A DNA stretch of 64,000 nucleotides from Chiloscyllium plagiosum (GCF_004010195.1 NC_057719.1:57140311-57204310), one strand, 5' to 3'. Numbered from the stretch's first letter, positions 38,952 to 51,745 are shown. A program made the numbers and translations. Notes: generated by a model not told the origin, from the letters alone.

Positions 38952-39120
38952 ACTAGCCACCGAGACAGGTCTCCTAATTGTGGCACTAGCCCCCAGATGT
39001 TGGTCAGGAGGATAGTACAGGTTTGATAGGGCAGAATTTCTGGTAGATGGGTCAATATCAGGTGGGCCATCAGATTTCATTCAAATTAATTATTTTACTT
39101 TTAAAATCACCAATATCATG

Positions 39121-39418
39121 GCCAGCATGGTGGCACAGTGGTTAGCACTGCTGCCTCACAGCGCCAGAGACCTGAGTTCAATTCTCACCTCAAGCGACTG
39201 ACTGTGTGGAGTTTGCACATTCTCCCCGTGTCTGCGTGGGTTTCTTCTGGGTGCTCCGGTTTCCTCCCACAGTCCAAAAATGTGCAGGTTAGGTGAATTG
39301 GCCATGCTAAATTGTCCGTAGTGTTAGGTGTAGGGGAATGAGTCTGGGTGGATGGCGGGTCGGTTTGGACTTGTTGGGCCGAAGGACCTGTTTCCACACT
39401 GTGAGTAATCTAATCTAA
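39121..39418 (+). mobile_element. V-SINE (HE1-like), full length
   Basis: TGGCACAGTGG box A, GAGTTCAATTC box B, V core, tail GGGCCGAAGGACCTGTTTCCACACTG plus (TAATC)n. Confidence 0.92.
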
Positions 39419-40258
39419 TGTTTGCCTCATCTTCAGTATATATTAACTGATTTTCCTGTTGTCAAAATTTTAAGTTATAAGTGCGAGATTTCAATACTTA
39501 TATGATGCAGCTAATAAGTTACTCTAATCACTGAGATGGGACATTAAAATCTTCCAAATAGTCCTTTTATAACAATCATTGTACAATATCAGCTAAAATT
39601 CTTGACAGCTGTATTCTGTTACAGGATCTAAGGACTGCATTGAATGCTTCCCATTCAGGTTTGCTGCCACAGATATGGTGCACAGACACATATAATGAGT
39701 GATGAACTTTGAATTTTCTGCAAATGTCCCATTCGGGATTTTACTCACTGGCTTGGTGCAAATTATGGCATGTGCCTCAGAATGTGATGAAAATCTGCCA
39801 ACACACAATGTTGTAGACTTTAGCCACTGTTTTTGTTTGCACAATGAAATTTAATACTTAACTATTGACACTCCATCAATGGCTTTAAACAACTTGCATA
39901 CTTGCATTACAAAAATAAATGCTGGGATAGGGATAACAGAGAAAAAAAAACATTTAAAAAACCACAATTTATTTATCTGCACAAAATGTCCAAATATACT
40001 GAGTGAGACAAGTTAATCATGCTTTATTTGCAAATTGACGTCATATACGCCATGCCAATTTCAAAATCACTAAACTGCTAGAAATGACAATTTCATCTCT
40101 CAAGTAAAAAAACCATAAGCTACTTTGCTTGTTCAGGGCCACTTTTGAAAGCAAATTCTGATTTAGGACGATTCTCTGGACCTGCATTCCATCTCTCCAC
40201 ATTCAGTTTTCATTATCTTTTCTACTGCTTGGAGACACCCCTGACATGACATGTTTCA

Positions 40259-40351
40259 GAGTCGAAGAGTGTGATGCTGGAAAAGCACAGCAGGTCAGGC
40301 AGCATCCGAGGAGCAGGTGAATCCACGTTTCAGGCATAAGACCTTCAACAG
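40259..40351 (-). mobile_element. PLE family A single arm
   Basis: Arm sequence flanked by GA(C/T)ATGTTTCA at 40248-40258 and 40352-40362. Confidence 0.75.
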
Positions 40352-41305
40352 GATATGTTTCACACCACTTCCTGATTTAAGAGATAACATTTTCATCTAA
40401 CATCTATAGAAATATTATAATTTCTCATGGCGTCTGCCTTGAGGACCCAGTAAAATGTTATAGTTATTGTTTGGGATTAAAAAGTAAATGTTATACAAAC
40501 GCTGATTGGTCATTTTTGGTGCAGAATCTGGTGTAGATGTAGTGGGCTGAATGGCCTCCTTCTATACTGTAACAATTCGATAATTCTGTATTTTTTTTGA
40601 ATCCACAGGATAAATGAAGATGAATCAAACTTAAAACAGAAGAGAATCTGAATGTGGTGTTAATGAACTTTTATTGACCAAGTAATCATTAAATTTGTGT
40701 AAGTCAAATGTACATGAAAAATAAGAAGTGCCATATTAATATTTAAAATATAGACTCTTAACAATCATTATTATGACTGTTTTTGAGTCTACCTGTGATT
40801 CTTTCTTTTCTTAAAGAAAAGTAGAAAACAGGATGAATGTGTTTCAGATTTACAGTGTGCAATGTTTCCAGCTCAGTTGGTATCTACCAAGGACCAAGCT
40901 TAAGGATAATTACAACAAATAGTTAGGAGGTTGTAAAATGTCAGGAATGTTTTTTTGATCATGAGCTGGCATATCAGGAGGCTTTGCTATTTTTGTTGGA
41001 ATAAAAAGAACAGAATAGCTCCAGCCTCAAATACTTACATCTTTTAATGAACACCCTGCATAATCAAGGCCTTCCTTTTCTCAGTGGTTGCAAGTGTTTC
41101 AGCTGCTTAAAGTGCTGATATGATTCTTTAAAACAGACTGCTAATGATTTCCTTTCCTCAACTGGGTATGTGTTTAAAGTAAAAATAACAAATTTAGTCA
41201 CAAATACAGCATTAATATATCGTAAGGACAGTTAACTGAATATTTTTGTCAATGCAGTTAGAATTGTGCTACAATTCCATTGGCTGGTTGTCATTAACAA
41301 ATTAT

Positions 41306-41511
41306 GCGGAGAAAGTGAGGACTGCAGATCAGAGTCAGGAGGGTGGTGCTGGAAAAGCACAGCAGGTCAGGCAGCATCTGAGGAGCAAGAGAATCCACGT
41401 TTCAGGTAAGAGCTCTTCATCAGGAATTATTCCTAATGAAAGGCTCTTGCCTGAAACATCGATTCTCCTGCTCCTCGGATGCTGCCCGACCTGCTGTGCT
41501 TTTTAGCACCA
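41306..41511 (-). mobile_element. PLE family A fold-back element
   Basis: Arms meet at ~41425; TSD CATTAACAAAT(T/G)AT at 41292-41305 and 41512-41525. Confidence 0.85.
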
Positions 41512-41819
41512 CATTAACAAATGATTGGCAGCCTAATGTTAAAATCTCATTTTTATGGAAAGAGATGGAAAGACTAGGGAACTTGTGTGTAAAATATATT
41601 GGTAATTATTTGGTTCTATGCTAAGAAATATTTATTTCATAGAAATTTGTGCCATTTGAACAGATACTAAGGCATGATGTAGCTAAATATTCCCTAAAGT
41701 TGTTTAGTACATAAGAGGACAAGGCATTTGCAGTTATAGAGGATACTTAACAGGTGAGCTGTGATTAAAATGGGTCAGAGGTTATCATGATCGTACTGAA
41801 ATGTCACAGACCGAAAGCT

Positions 41820-42155
41820 TTCATCCTTGATTTCAAATCCCTATTTGGGGATATCCTTCCCAACATCTGTAACTTGCTTCAGCCCAACATTCCTCTGAAG
41901 ACTCTGCATTCTTCAAATTCTAGCCTTTTGACTTCTTTTGCACCAACCTTCCTTGTTAGGTGGCTGTGTATTTGGCTTTCAAGGCACAAATCTCTTGAAT
42001 TCCACTTCTAAACCTCTCTGTCTTTCCATTTCTCCTCCTGTAAAACATTACTCAAAGCCTACAATTTGATTGAGATTTTGGTTGCTTGTCCTAATGCCTC
42101 CTTGGAGTCAATTTTATCACCTGATTACACTCCTGTGAAGAGCCTTGGGACATTT
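41820..42155 (+). mobile_element. L2-type LINE 3' end, old
   Basis: TTCAAATCCCT...ATCTGTAACTTGCTTCAGCCC...CTGTGAAGAGCCTTGGGACATTT resembles an L2 ORF2 end and 3' UTR. Confidence 0.5.
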
Positions 42156-43894
42156 AATACTGAAAAACCAAAGGAATATTGCTAACATGGAATACACAAA
42201 GAAACAATAAAGTATCTGTCAGAAACATAAGAAAAGGAGACAAATCAGGATAATGTAAGGGTTACACACAAATATATTTATAGGTAATAATTGCATAATA
42301 GCAGAAATGTTAATTACTTTGCCTCGATATTTATCAGAAAGACAAAGACACAGGGCTTAACATTATAAAAATTGAATTAATAAAAATATAAGTTGAAAAG
42401 GTCAAAGATAATTGAGAAATTAATCAAGCTTAGAGATGTTAAATCCTTTGACTATATATTTATGTTTACTATTGATGTTCACTTTGTTGGATTGGCTGAG
42501 TTTGGGTGTGGTCTCCAAGAAAAAGTAAACATAGTTGTTCTGTAAAAAGACAACCTAAAGCACTATATGTCAATGAAACCTGTTACGCAGCTTGAAATTT
42601 ATGTAATTGCATGCAGATTTGAGACATAAAATGTACAACACAGTAGCAATGAGAATGATGGGGAAAAGTTTAAACATACTGATTCCTGCAGCTTGCATTT
42701 CTTCATTGGGGGGTTTCACCCATGCCATGGGTGGGATTGTTGGTTTCGGGATTCAGTGATAGTTAATTGGAATGTAATAACAATTGCAAGAAGGCAGTCA
42801 ATGTTCAATCAGCTTACAGAAGGTATGAATATATTTAATAGGGTGGTAAGTGATCTAGAATAGTACTTCAGGCCGAAGAGTGAGATTTTGTCAGAGAAAC
42901 AGTGAGTCCATGAAACAATTTATGACAGCATTGCAGCAGTTTGCTTCTACATAAAAGTTGGTACATTAGCCAAAGTATTAAGCTTGATTAAGTAATCAAC
43001 ACTTTTGAGGGACACTCTACACTTTCACTTCTGTGGCAGACTCCCTTCAAGTTTATAATGACTCAAATATTTATAGTTTCAAAATGATTGTAGTTCTAGT
43101 AGACAATACATATTTCACACTAGACAGCTGGCTTCACATTCAGTATAGCTAATGGAAACATACTTTTTCAATAGGCTTGGATTCAAACTTGAAGTTGCCT
43201 CCAGAGTGCACATTAACACGATTGATGCTTGGCACATATATCTCTACGGTAGAAATTTCAGTGTCTGCACCAGTCACCAAATATATTGTGAGCTATGGCA
43301 GGGCTTAGTCATCGACCTGGATGAAGCTACAGACTATTTTCACACAACTTTTATGCTGAATACTTTGTACTTTTACACAATTGAGGAGCTCACATGCCTA
43401 GCCCTACAGCTATTGCAGACAGCAATAGTATCACTTTGAGTCTTTGACATTCCAGCCAAGTTACAAAATTGTAATTGTTTACTAGAAACTATCACTACAG
43501 AAAACAGACCAAAGTTTGTTTCTGGTTAGTTCATGGGGTTTCTAGCAAGGTGAGGAATTCCCACTATCTGACACTACCATTCAATCTGTAATCGAATGGT
43601 GATATCAAACAATTCCCCAGCTGATGAAGGACTGTTGGAGTGCTCATTTGTTGGAAGGGACATATTTGAACAATCCGTTAATTACCTACTTCACTTTCTC
43701 TCTCCCTGTTCAGATCAAAAAGTCACCCACTAAACATGATAGTTCATAATGCTTGCATGTCACAGACCATTCCTAAGTTGTCACCACCATTAAATACGAT
43801 TATCAGAGCAAAAGCAGAAAAAAAAATCAAAACATATACTTTGACTAGCGAACAGGCAAAATGAGTTCATGATTGGAAGGTAGAGATTGAGGTC

Positions 43895-44122
43895 ACATCA
43901 AATGGCTAATCCACATAACCCACATATCTTTGGACACTATGGGCAATTTAGCATGGCCAATCCACCTGACCTGCCCATCTTTGGACTGTGGGAGTAAACA
44001 GGAGCACCCGGAGGAAACCCACAGAGACATGGAAAGGACATGCAAACTCCACACAGGCAGCCACCCAAAGTTGGAATCAAATCCAGGTCCTTGATGCTGT
44101 GAGGCTGCAATGCTAACCACTG
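43895..44122 (-). mobile_element. V-SINE
   Basis: Reverse-complement match to the head and core of 39121-39418. Confidence 0.85.
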
Positions 44123-45540
44123 TAAGCTGTGTGAGAGGAAGTTTTCAGAGATTTTCCTAAATTAGCCCCAGTCTTGTTCTTGACACTCCCAGGAGTCTGC
44201 ATGACAGAAGGATAAATAAATGATATATATGACAGCACCATATTCAAGTGAAACAGATTATTTTTCTTGTAAATTTTGTACAGTAGTATGATTATCTTAC
44301 AACTCAGTCAAGGTGAAACTGTGAACATACAAAGCAAATAAAAAAAAAAAGCACCCTTATTCTCAATTGTACATGCCAGGCTAAAAACTTCAGTGAAAGG
44401 CTGATGGTAGTTTTAAAAAGAATTGCATAGCCTACACAAATCAAACAATATAGATTCCAATTCAATTCAATTTCATTTTATTGTCCACGTGGAAATTCAT
44501 TATGGGTATGTTGTTTATTCATTTAAACTTGCATATAAATAAATTATACAATAAAAGATATGAAATTATTCAACAGCAGAGATCTAAATTTAATTAAAAT
44601 CTATTAAAAGCTATTCCAATGGATTAAAATAGTCAGTCAGTGAGTCCCATCATGAGTACATATCCTCATCTATTCATTAAACCTGTGCTAAAAGTTCGTA
44701 TAGAGAAAGGCACAATGATTATCTACGATCAATGCCCTTGATTATAGTAACTGAATAACATAAATTGAAATTGAAATGCGGGATACCACATAATACATTC
44801 TGGAAATCTGAAATAAAATGAGAAAATGCTTGAAACTAACTCAAAAGATTAGTGTCAAAGCTGGGCGAAGTTAAATATATAATGGTCTGAACATCTGTTG
44901 TGTATCAGAATTCCTAATCTGAAGCGATGACAGCAGTGAAAAATGTTTCTGCCGATCCACTTTAGTCACAGATTTTGCACTAAGTTATCAAATCTTCAGC
45001 GACCTTGAAATCCCAAGTTATCACACCACTGACTGAGCTCCAGCCCTACACTTAGAAATTCCTACGTCCCCAGTGTAACCTCTCCAGAGCATCTCCCTGA
45101 GGTGAAGCTGGAGTCGAAAGTCTTCCAGAATATACCAGTAATTGTTAAATGCTGTGCTTAGCATGTGTGATTGCCAATCAATTGGACGTTTCTTCCTCTC
45201 ATCCTTCCATTGAATACTGATGAATAGTGATTTATTCTTACTTGCTCTTCTGCTCCTGTTGTATTTGGTGAAGCCAAGTGTGGCTCAGTGGCCCTGAGTC
45301 TTATTGATAGCGTAAAACAAATTTCTTATACCAAGTATAAATATTCTCAATGAATCTTGTCTTCTGTTTGGGTTTCTGTTTTGAGTCGAGACAGCCCTAT
45401 GAATTCTTAGCAGGATGCCTTTTGACCAGCTTTAGACCATTGAGTAGATAAAATGTTCTGTGAGCTACTGTTGTATATTTGACCATTTTTGGACCCGTTG
45501 TTTCTTGATATTAACTAGTTTGACCACCATTTTAAGAAGA

Positions 45541-45670
45541 GTCGAAAAGTGTGGCGCTGGAAAAGCACAACAACTTCCGAAGAGCGGGAGAGTCAAAGTT
45601 TCAGGCATAAGCCCTTCATCAGGAATGTCATTGATTCTGACTCTCCAGCACCTGCAGTCCTCACTTTCAT
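45541..45670 (+). mobile_element. PLE family A element (one arm plus tail)
   Basis: TSD CATTT(T/G)AAGAAGA at 45528-45540 and 45671-45683. Confidence 0.78.
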
Positions 45671-45738
45671 CATTTGAAGAAGATTGAGGTCAAGACACAC
45701 ATTCATATTCAAGTGTGAGATTTGTTGATTATGTAGTA

Positions 45739-45980
45739 CAGGTCATTTTGCTATAATGCGCCTTTCATCAGCACGAATGGGCTATAACGTGATTGATGAG
45801 TTGTAGACGTGGTTTGGATAGCGCAAGCTTTCTACTGAATGGGTATAGCAATTGTCTATTAGTGATCTTCTACAGCACGATTTTCTTTAGCAGTTTTCCA
45901 TCGTGCAATTTTCTATAGTAGTTTTCCATAGTGCAAGGTCACAGAGGAACACAACTGTCATGTTATAGCAGAATGACCTG
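45739..45980. mobile_element. Tc1/mariner (pogo/Tigger-type) MITE
   Basis: TA|CAGGTCATTTTGCTATAA ... TTATAGCAGAATGACCTG|TA: 17/18 terminal inverted repeat, TA duplication, 242 bp, non-coding. Confidence 0.88.
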
Positions 45981-46542
45981 TACGTATGTGTTCTCTACTA
46001 TGTGATAACCCTTGTGTTTGAAAAGTTGCCTGTAGCATAGCTTTGATCTTAAGTGTTATACCTTCTCAACCAGTTCTTCAAGCATAGCACATTATCTGGT
46101 CTTACAGCGACACTTGTGCCCGTATCAAGCTGAAAATTGGCGAGATGTCAATTGATGCAAATATCGTCTTACTAGAAGTCTAGATTTGAAACGTTTAATT
46201 CTGTTCGGAATACTTTTGTTTTTTTTCTTTTGTTGTACCCTGTTCAATCTTATTAATGTCTTTGTGAATATCCTTTAGATATTTACATGCATTGTGACTG
46301 TATCTTATTTTAGCACATTTTCTGAAAGCAATCTAATGCTTTCCAGATAAAGCATTACTTTTTAATAGGTAGGTACCACTTGTGTCTGTGAGGATTCCTT
46401 GCTCCACAATTCTGACAATGACTGTTGGTTTCTCCTACTCACTGTACTGGTTTCTCATGTAACTCTTTACTCTTCATCACAAAAACTGAATAAATTCTAT
46501 GGCACTCCTCTGAGAAGTTCCATTTTCTCCTTTCAGGAGTGA

Positions 46543-46812
46543 TTAGATTACCTAATGTGTGGAAACAGGCCATATGACCCATAAGTCCAAACTGACCCTC
46601 TGAAGAGCAACCCACCCAGACCCATTCCCCTACACCTAACACTGCAGGCAATTCAGCATAGCCAATACACCTAACCTGCACATCTTTGGATCGTGGGAGG
46701 AAACCCACACAAACAGAATGTGCAAACTCCACACAGACAGTTGTCCAAGGCGGGAATTGAACCCAGGTCCCTGGCACTGTGAGGGAGCAGTGCTAACCAC
46801 TGAGCCACCGTG
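46543..46812 (-). mobile_element. V-SINE
   Basis: Minus strand CACGGTGGCTCAGTGGTTAGCAC...GGGTTCAATTCC, ending in (TAATC)n. Confidence 0.9.
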
Positions 46813-47164
46813 ATCTGTGCTACTTCCTGACTTTTGCTTCACTTGCATTTGAATGGATGACTCTAAAATCAAATCTTCTTTTAATAATTGTTTTCTTCAA
46901 GATATTCAACTCTATGTTCTCTTTGGTTAATCTCTAAAATGAACTCTTCCTGATAATATTATTCCTGGTATCCTGCCTTCCTAATGTTTTGATTTATTTT
47001 GATTCTTAAAGGCTATTATTTTTGTGCACTAAGAATATTGCATTGTAAGATTTTTCCAGTATTTCTGTGGTTAAAATTAAGGATTCCTGCCTTCTGTGAG
47101 TAAAATGGAGAATTTATACCTTTTTTGTGACTTGTCTGGATGAACCTGCCAATCATGGTCTTAA

Positions 47165-47334
47165 TTAAGAGTGCAGTGTTGGAAAAGCACAGCAAGTCAA
47201 GCAGCATCCTGATGAAGGACTTATGCCTGAAATGTTGATTCTCCTGCTCCTCGGATGCTACCTGACTTGCTGTGCTTTTCCAGCACTACACTCTCGACTC
47301 TGATCTCCAGCATCTGCAGTCCTCACTTTGTCCT
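47165..47334 (+). mobile_element. PLE family A fold-back element
   Basis: Perfect 14-bp TSD AATCATGGTCTTAA at 47151-47164 and 47335-47348; CTGATGAAGG core; tail. Confidence 0.88.
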
Positions 47335-47563
47335 AATCATGGTCTTAAACAATGCTTCGCAATTCCTTTCTGGCTTTGCTGAGTGAATCCTATTTCTTGC
47401 CATCATTCCTTGATAGTTTTACTGAATTAAGTCCACTCCTTCAATGTTTTATCTTCAATGATTCTTACTGTCTGCAGGCTGAATAATGCTTCTTGCCTTT
47501 ACTACCATTTCAGTAACTGCTCAGCTTTTCTAACAGCCTCAATAGTCTCCCAACTTTCTTCTT

Positions 47564-49898
47564 CAAAGAACAAAGAACAAAGAAAATTTACAGCCCAGGA
47601 ACAGGACCTTCAGTCCTTCAAGCCTGAGCCGATCTAAATATACCGTCTAAACCTGTCGGTCAATTCCTAAGCATTTGTATCCCTCTGCTCCCCACCTACT
47701 TATGCAAATGTTCAGATGCATCTTCAATGAATCTACCGTACCTGCCTCTACAACCTCTGCTGGCAACGCATTCCAGGCGCCCACCACCCTTCTGTGTGAA
47801 GTACTTGCCATGTGTATCCCCCTTAAATTTTCTACCTCTCATCTTGAAAGCATGGCCTCTGGTTATTGAATCCTTCACCCTGGTAAAAAGCTTGACTCTA
47901 TCCTGTCTATACCCTTCGTGATTTTGTAAACCTCAATCAGGTCCCCCCTCAATCTCCTTTTTTCTAGTGAAAATAAACCTAACCGACTCAACCTCTCTTT
48001 ATAGCTAGCACCTTCCATACCAGGGAACATTCTTGTAAACCTTCTGTACACCCTCTCCAAAGCGTCCACATCCTTTTGGTAATGTGGCGACCAGAACTGT
48101 ACACCATATTCTAAATGTGGCCGAACCAATGTCTTGTATAATTTTAACATGACCTGCGAGCTCTTATACTCAATACCCCATCCTATGAAGGCAAGCATAC
48201 TACATCCCTTCTTGTCCACTCTATCCACCTGTGCAGTAACCTTCAGGGTACAATGGACCTGCACTCCCAGATCTCTCTGCACATGAACTTTTCCCAAGGC
48301 TCTTCAATTCTCTCTAGAATTAGTCTTGCCTAAATGCATCACCTCACATTTGTCTGGATTGAAATCCATCTGCCACTTTTCCGCCCAACACTCCAGTCTA
48401 TCCATATCCTCCTGTATTCTCTGACAATCCCTTCTGCTTTCTGCTACTCCACCAATCTTTGTGTCATCTGCAAACATGCTGATCATACCAACAGTGCCCT
48501 CTTCTAGATCATTTATGTATATTACAAACAACAGTGGCCCCAAAACTGACCCCTGTGGAACACCACTGGTCACCTTTCTCCATTTCGAGAAACTCCCTTC
48601 AACTACTACTCTTTGTCTCCTGTTGCTCAACCAGTTCTTTATCCACATAGCTAGAACACCCTGCACACCATGTGACTTCACTTTCTCCATTAATCTACAA
48701 AGGGAAACCTTATCAAATGCCTTAGTAAAGTCCATGTATATGACATCAACAGCCCTTCCTTCATCTAACAACTTGGTCACTTCCTTGAAGAACTTTACTA
48801 GGTTGGTAAGGCACGATCTCCCCTGCACAAAACCATGTTGCCTATCACTGATAAGCTCATTCTTTTCTAAATATAAATAGATCCTATCTCTTAGTACCCT
48901 CCAGCAACTTCCCCACCACCGACGTCAGGCACACTGGTCTGTAGTTTCCCGGAATATCCCTACTACCCTTCTTGGATAGGGGACAACAAAAGCAACCTTC
49001 CAGTCTTCCGGCACCTCACCTGTATTTAAGGATGCCACAAAAATATCTGTCAGGGCCCCAGCTATTTCCTCTCTCACCTCCCTCAGCAACCTGGGATAGA
49101 TCCCATCTGGTCCTGGGGATTTGTCCACCTTAATAACCTCTAGCATACCCAACACATCTTCCCTACTTATGCCAATGTGATCCAGACTAATCAAACTTCT
49201 ATCTCCAATCTCAAGATTCTTCATGTTCCTCTCAGTGAACACTGATGCAAAGTAATCATTCAGAATCTCACCCACTCTCTCAGGTTCAGCACACAGCCTT
49301 CCTTCATTATCTTTTAGTGGACCAATCCTTTCTCTAGTTACCCACTTGCTTCTTATATAAGAATATAAGAAGCTTTGGGAATCTCCTTAATTCTGCTTGC
49401 TAAAGCTATTTCATGACCCCTTTTAGCCCGCTTGATTCCTTGTTTAAGACTTGTCCTACTCTCCCGATATTCCTCCAGGGCCCGCACTGTTCTTAGCTGC
49501 CTAGACCTTATGTACACATCCCTTTTCCTCTTGGCTAGTCGTACAATTTCTCCTGTCATCCACGGTTCACGAATCTTGCCCTTCCCATCCTTTGCCTTCA
49601 ATGGGACATGCCTATCCTGCACTATCTTTAACCTATCTTTGAAAGCCTCCGACATCTCAAATATGGACTTGCCTTCAAATAGCTGTGTCCAATCCACATT
49701 TCCGAGCTCCTGCCTAATTTTGATATAATTGGCCTTGCCCCAGTTTAGCACTCTTCCCTGAGGACCACTCTCTTCTTTATCTACAAGTATTCTAAAACTT
49801 ACAGAATTGTGGTCACTGTTCCCAAAGAAATCCCCCACCGCAACTTCTATCACTTATCCTGGCTTGTTCCCAGTATCAGGTCCAATATGGCCCCTTCC
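47564..49898 (-). mobile_element. 5'-truncated CR1 LINE (most of ORF2)
   Basis: SDHNSVSF, KSPGPDGIYPRLL, SGVPQGSVLGPLLF, FADDTK, LVRPHLEYGVQFW; (TTCTTTG)n tail. Confidence 0.93.
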
Positions 49899-50036
49899 AT
49901 GAGTCTTTGTCTGCTCAGGCTGCTACGATGCCCTTTATCCATTTAATTCTGGCTTTGCAACATGCCTGGGTCAGTGACCTCACTTTAAGTTAATTTCATG
50001 GCCCTTTATTTCCCTCACATTAGCTGTGCCTTATAG

Positions 50037-50132
50037 TTCCTGATGAAGGGTTCCTGCCCGAAACGTCGATTTTCCTGCTCCTCGGATGCTGCCTGACCTG
50101 CTGTGCTTTTCCAGCAACACACTAATCTTGAC
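50037..50132 (+). mobile_element. PLE family A single arm
   Basis: CCTGATGAAGGGTTCCTGCCCGAAACGTCGA...GCTGTGCTTTTCCAGC. Confidence 0.8.
50038..50069 (+). ncRNA. Minimal type I hammerhead ribozyme motif
   Basis: CUGAUGA-A-GGGU(UCCU)GCCC-GAAA-CGUC with intact core and GUC triplet; stem I only about 2 bp. Confidence 0.6.
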
Positions 50133-50349
50133 CCTTCTGGTGCCAGCTGAGTTAGGCAGCAATGGTCAATATGAGCTGGAAGTACTTTTCTTATTTTTGT
50201 TTAGCCAGCACGTAAATCTGTGTTCTTTTTAACACAATTTTTCTCACCATCTGTGATTAAACTTTACTCACAGAGTTTGTAATGTCTGTCCAATCTCCGG
50301 TTGAACCCCACCTTGGGACAGCTTGACTTGACAATCCAATTTCACAAAT

Positions 50350-50642
50350 TGATTCGATTCTCTCCAGTGTGGAAGCAGGCCATCCGGCCCAACAAGTCCA
50401 CACCGACCCTCTGAAGAGTAATCCACCCAGATCCATTTCCCTCTGACTAATGGACCTAACATTATGGGCAATTTAACATGGCCAATTTACCTGACCAGCA
50501 CATGTTTGGATTGTGGGAGAAAACCAATACAGACACGGGGAGAATGTGCAAACCCCACACAGACAGTTGCCTGAGGTTGGAATCGAACCCCAGTCCCTGG
50601 CACTGTGAGGCAGCAGTGCTAACCACTAAGCCACCGTGCTAC
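50350..50642 (-). mobile_element. V-SINE
   Basis: Minus strand GCACGGTGGCTTAGTGGTTAGC...GGGTTCGATTCC. Confidence 0.9.
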
Positions 50643-50804
50643 CCCAAATCACCAACTTCTGCAAATCACCAGCATTTGGTGCAATCTGGAACTTCCTGGT
50701 AATGCCAGTTTCAATTGAGGCATTCACGAGGGCATTGGATGATTATTTGGTTAGAACTAGTACGCAGAGATATGGGGAAAGGCAGGAAATTAACACAAGA
50801 TAAT

Positions 50805-51098
50805 GGGTGGTATGGTGGCTCAGTGGTCAGCACTGCTGCCTCACCGCAGCAGGGACCTGGGTTCAATTCCAGCCTCGGACAGCTGTCTGTGTGGAGTTTG
50901 CGCTTTCTCCCTGTGTCTGGATGGGTTTCCTCTGAGTGTTTTGGTTTCCTCCCACAGTCCAAAGATGTGCAGGTTCGGTGGATTGGCCATGGACAATGCA
51001 GGATTGTAGGGATAGAATAGGAGGGTGGGTCTGGGGGAATGCTGTTTAGAGGTTCGGTTGTTGGGCTGAATGGCCTGTTTCCATATTGTTGGGATTCT
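50805..51098 (+). mobile_element. V-SINE inserted in a CR1 3' fragment (~50705-51175)
   Basis: GGTGGCTCAGTGG box A, GGGTTCAATTCC box B; CR1 tail GGGCCGAATGGCCTCCTTCTG resumes at ~51128. Confidence 0.88.
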
Positions 51099-51204
51099 AT
51101 TTTTAAAAATTCTACAAAGAACCTGTGTGGGCCGAATGGCCTCCTTCTGCATCATAATTGTTCTATGATTCTATAGTTCCATGAACATACTCATGACAGA
51201 GATT

Positions 51205-51403
51205 AGATTAGAGTGGTGCTGGAGAAACACAGCAGGTCAGGCAGTATCCGAGGAGCAGGAAAATCGACGTTTCGAGCCGATGAAGGGCTTTTGCCTGAAA
51301 TGTTGATTTTCCTGCCCCTAGGATGCTGCCTGACCTGTTGTGCTTTTCCAGTACCACTCTAATCTAGAATCTGATCTCCACCATCTGCAGTCCTCACTTT
51401 TGC
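51205..51403 (+). mobile_element. PLE family A fold-back element
   Basis: Perfect 15-bp TSD CTCATGACAGAGATT at 51190-51204 and 51404-51418. Confidence 0.88.
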
Positions 51404-51547
51404 CTCATGACAGAGATTCCAGGGCCTGGGGTAGAGCTCACTTCCCACTGAGTAAATAAACTCTGCTTCACCTCAGTTCTAAATGATTTGGCCCTTATCC
51501 TTTGTCTCCTAGATTAATAACGCTCTAGTCATGAAACGTCTTTTTGT

Positions 51548-51745
51548 AATTACACACCTCTGGAGCAGGCAGGACTTGAATCTGAGCCTCCAAGTCCAGG
51601 GGTGTGGACACTACCTGAATGTATCTAATTTTTCCTAATCAACCTGTTCAGAGATGTTATTGCACACTTTTGGAGCAGATGGGACTTGAACCCAGACCTC
51701 CTAGTCCAGGGGTATAGACATTATCACTGTGCCACAAGTAGGCCC
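51548..51745 (-). mobile_element. Second tRNA-derived SINE family, two tandem heads
   Basis: Minus strand TGTGGCACAGTGA box A and GGGTTCAAGTCC box B; second head at ~51550-51613; homologue at 59000-59107. Confidence 0.65.

Larger units (their letters stand above)
36005..39060 (-). mobile_element. Old CR1-group (Zenon-like) LINE host in three pieces (36005-36432, 37130-37640, 38952-39060)
   Basis: APE EN motifs LLTNIWGLVPQLGDLSRWLVK (~38950-39015) and TESQLTGNVSDITITVPRYVMSNQQDRPSRGGSIVVY (~37495-37605) join across the PLE insertion. Confidence 0.6.

Noticed and set aside
39121..39195. tRNA gene
   Set aside because: The A and B boxes belong to a SINE head that continues into the V core and LINE tail; many dispersed diverged copies
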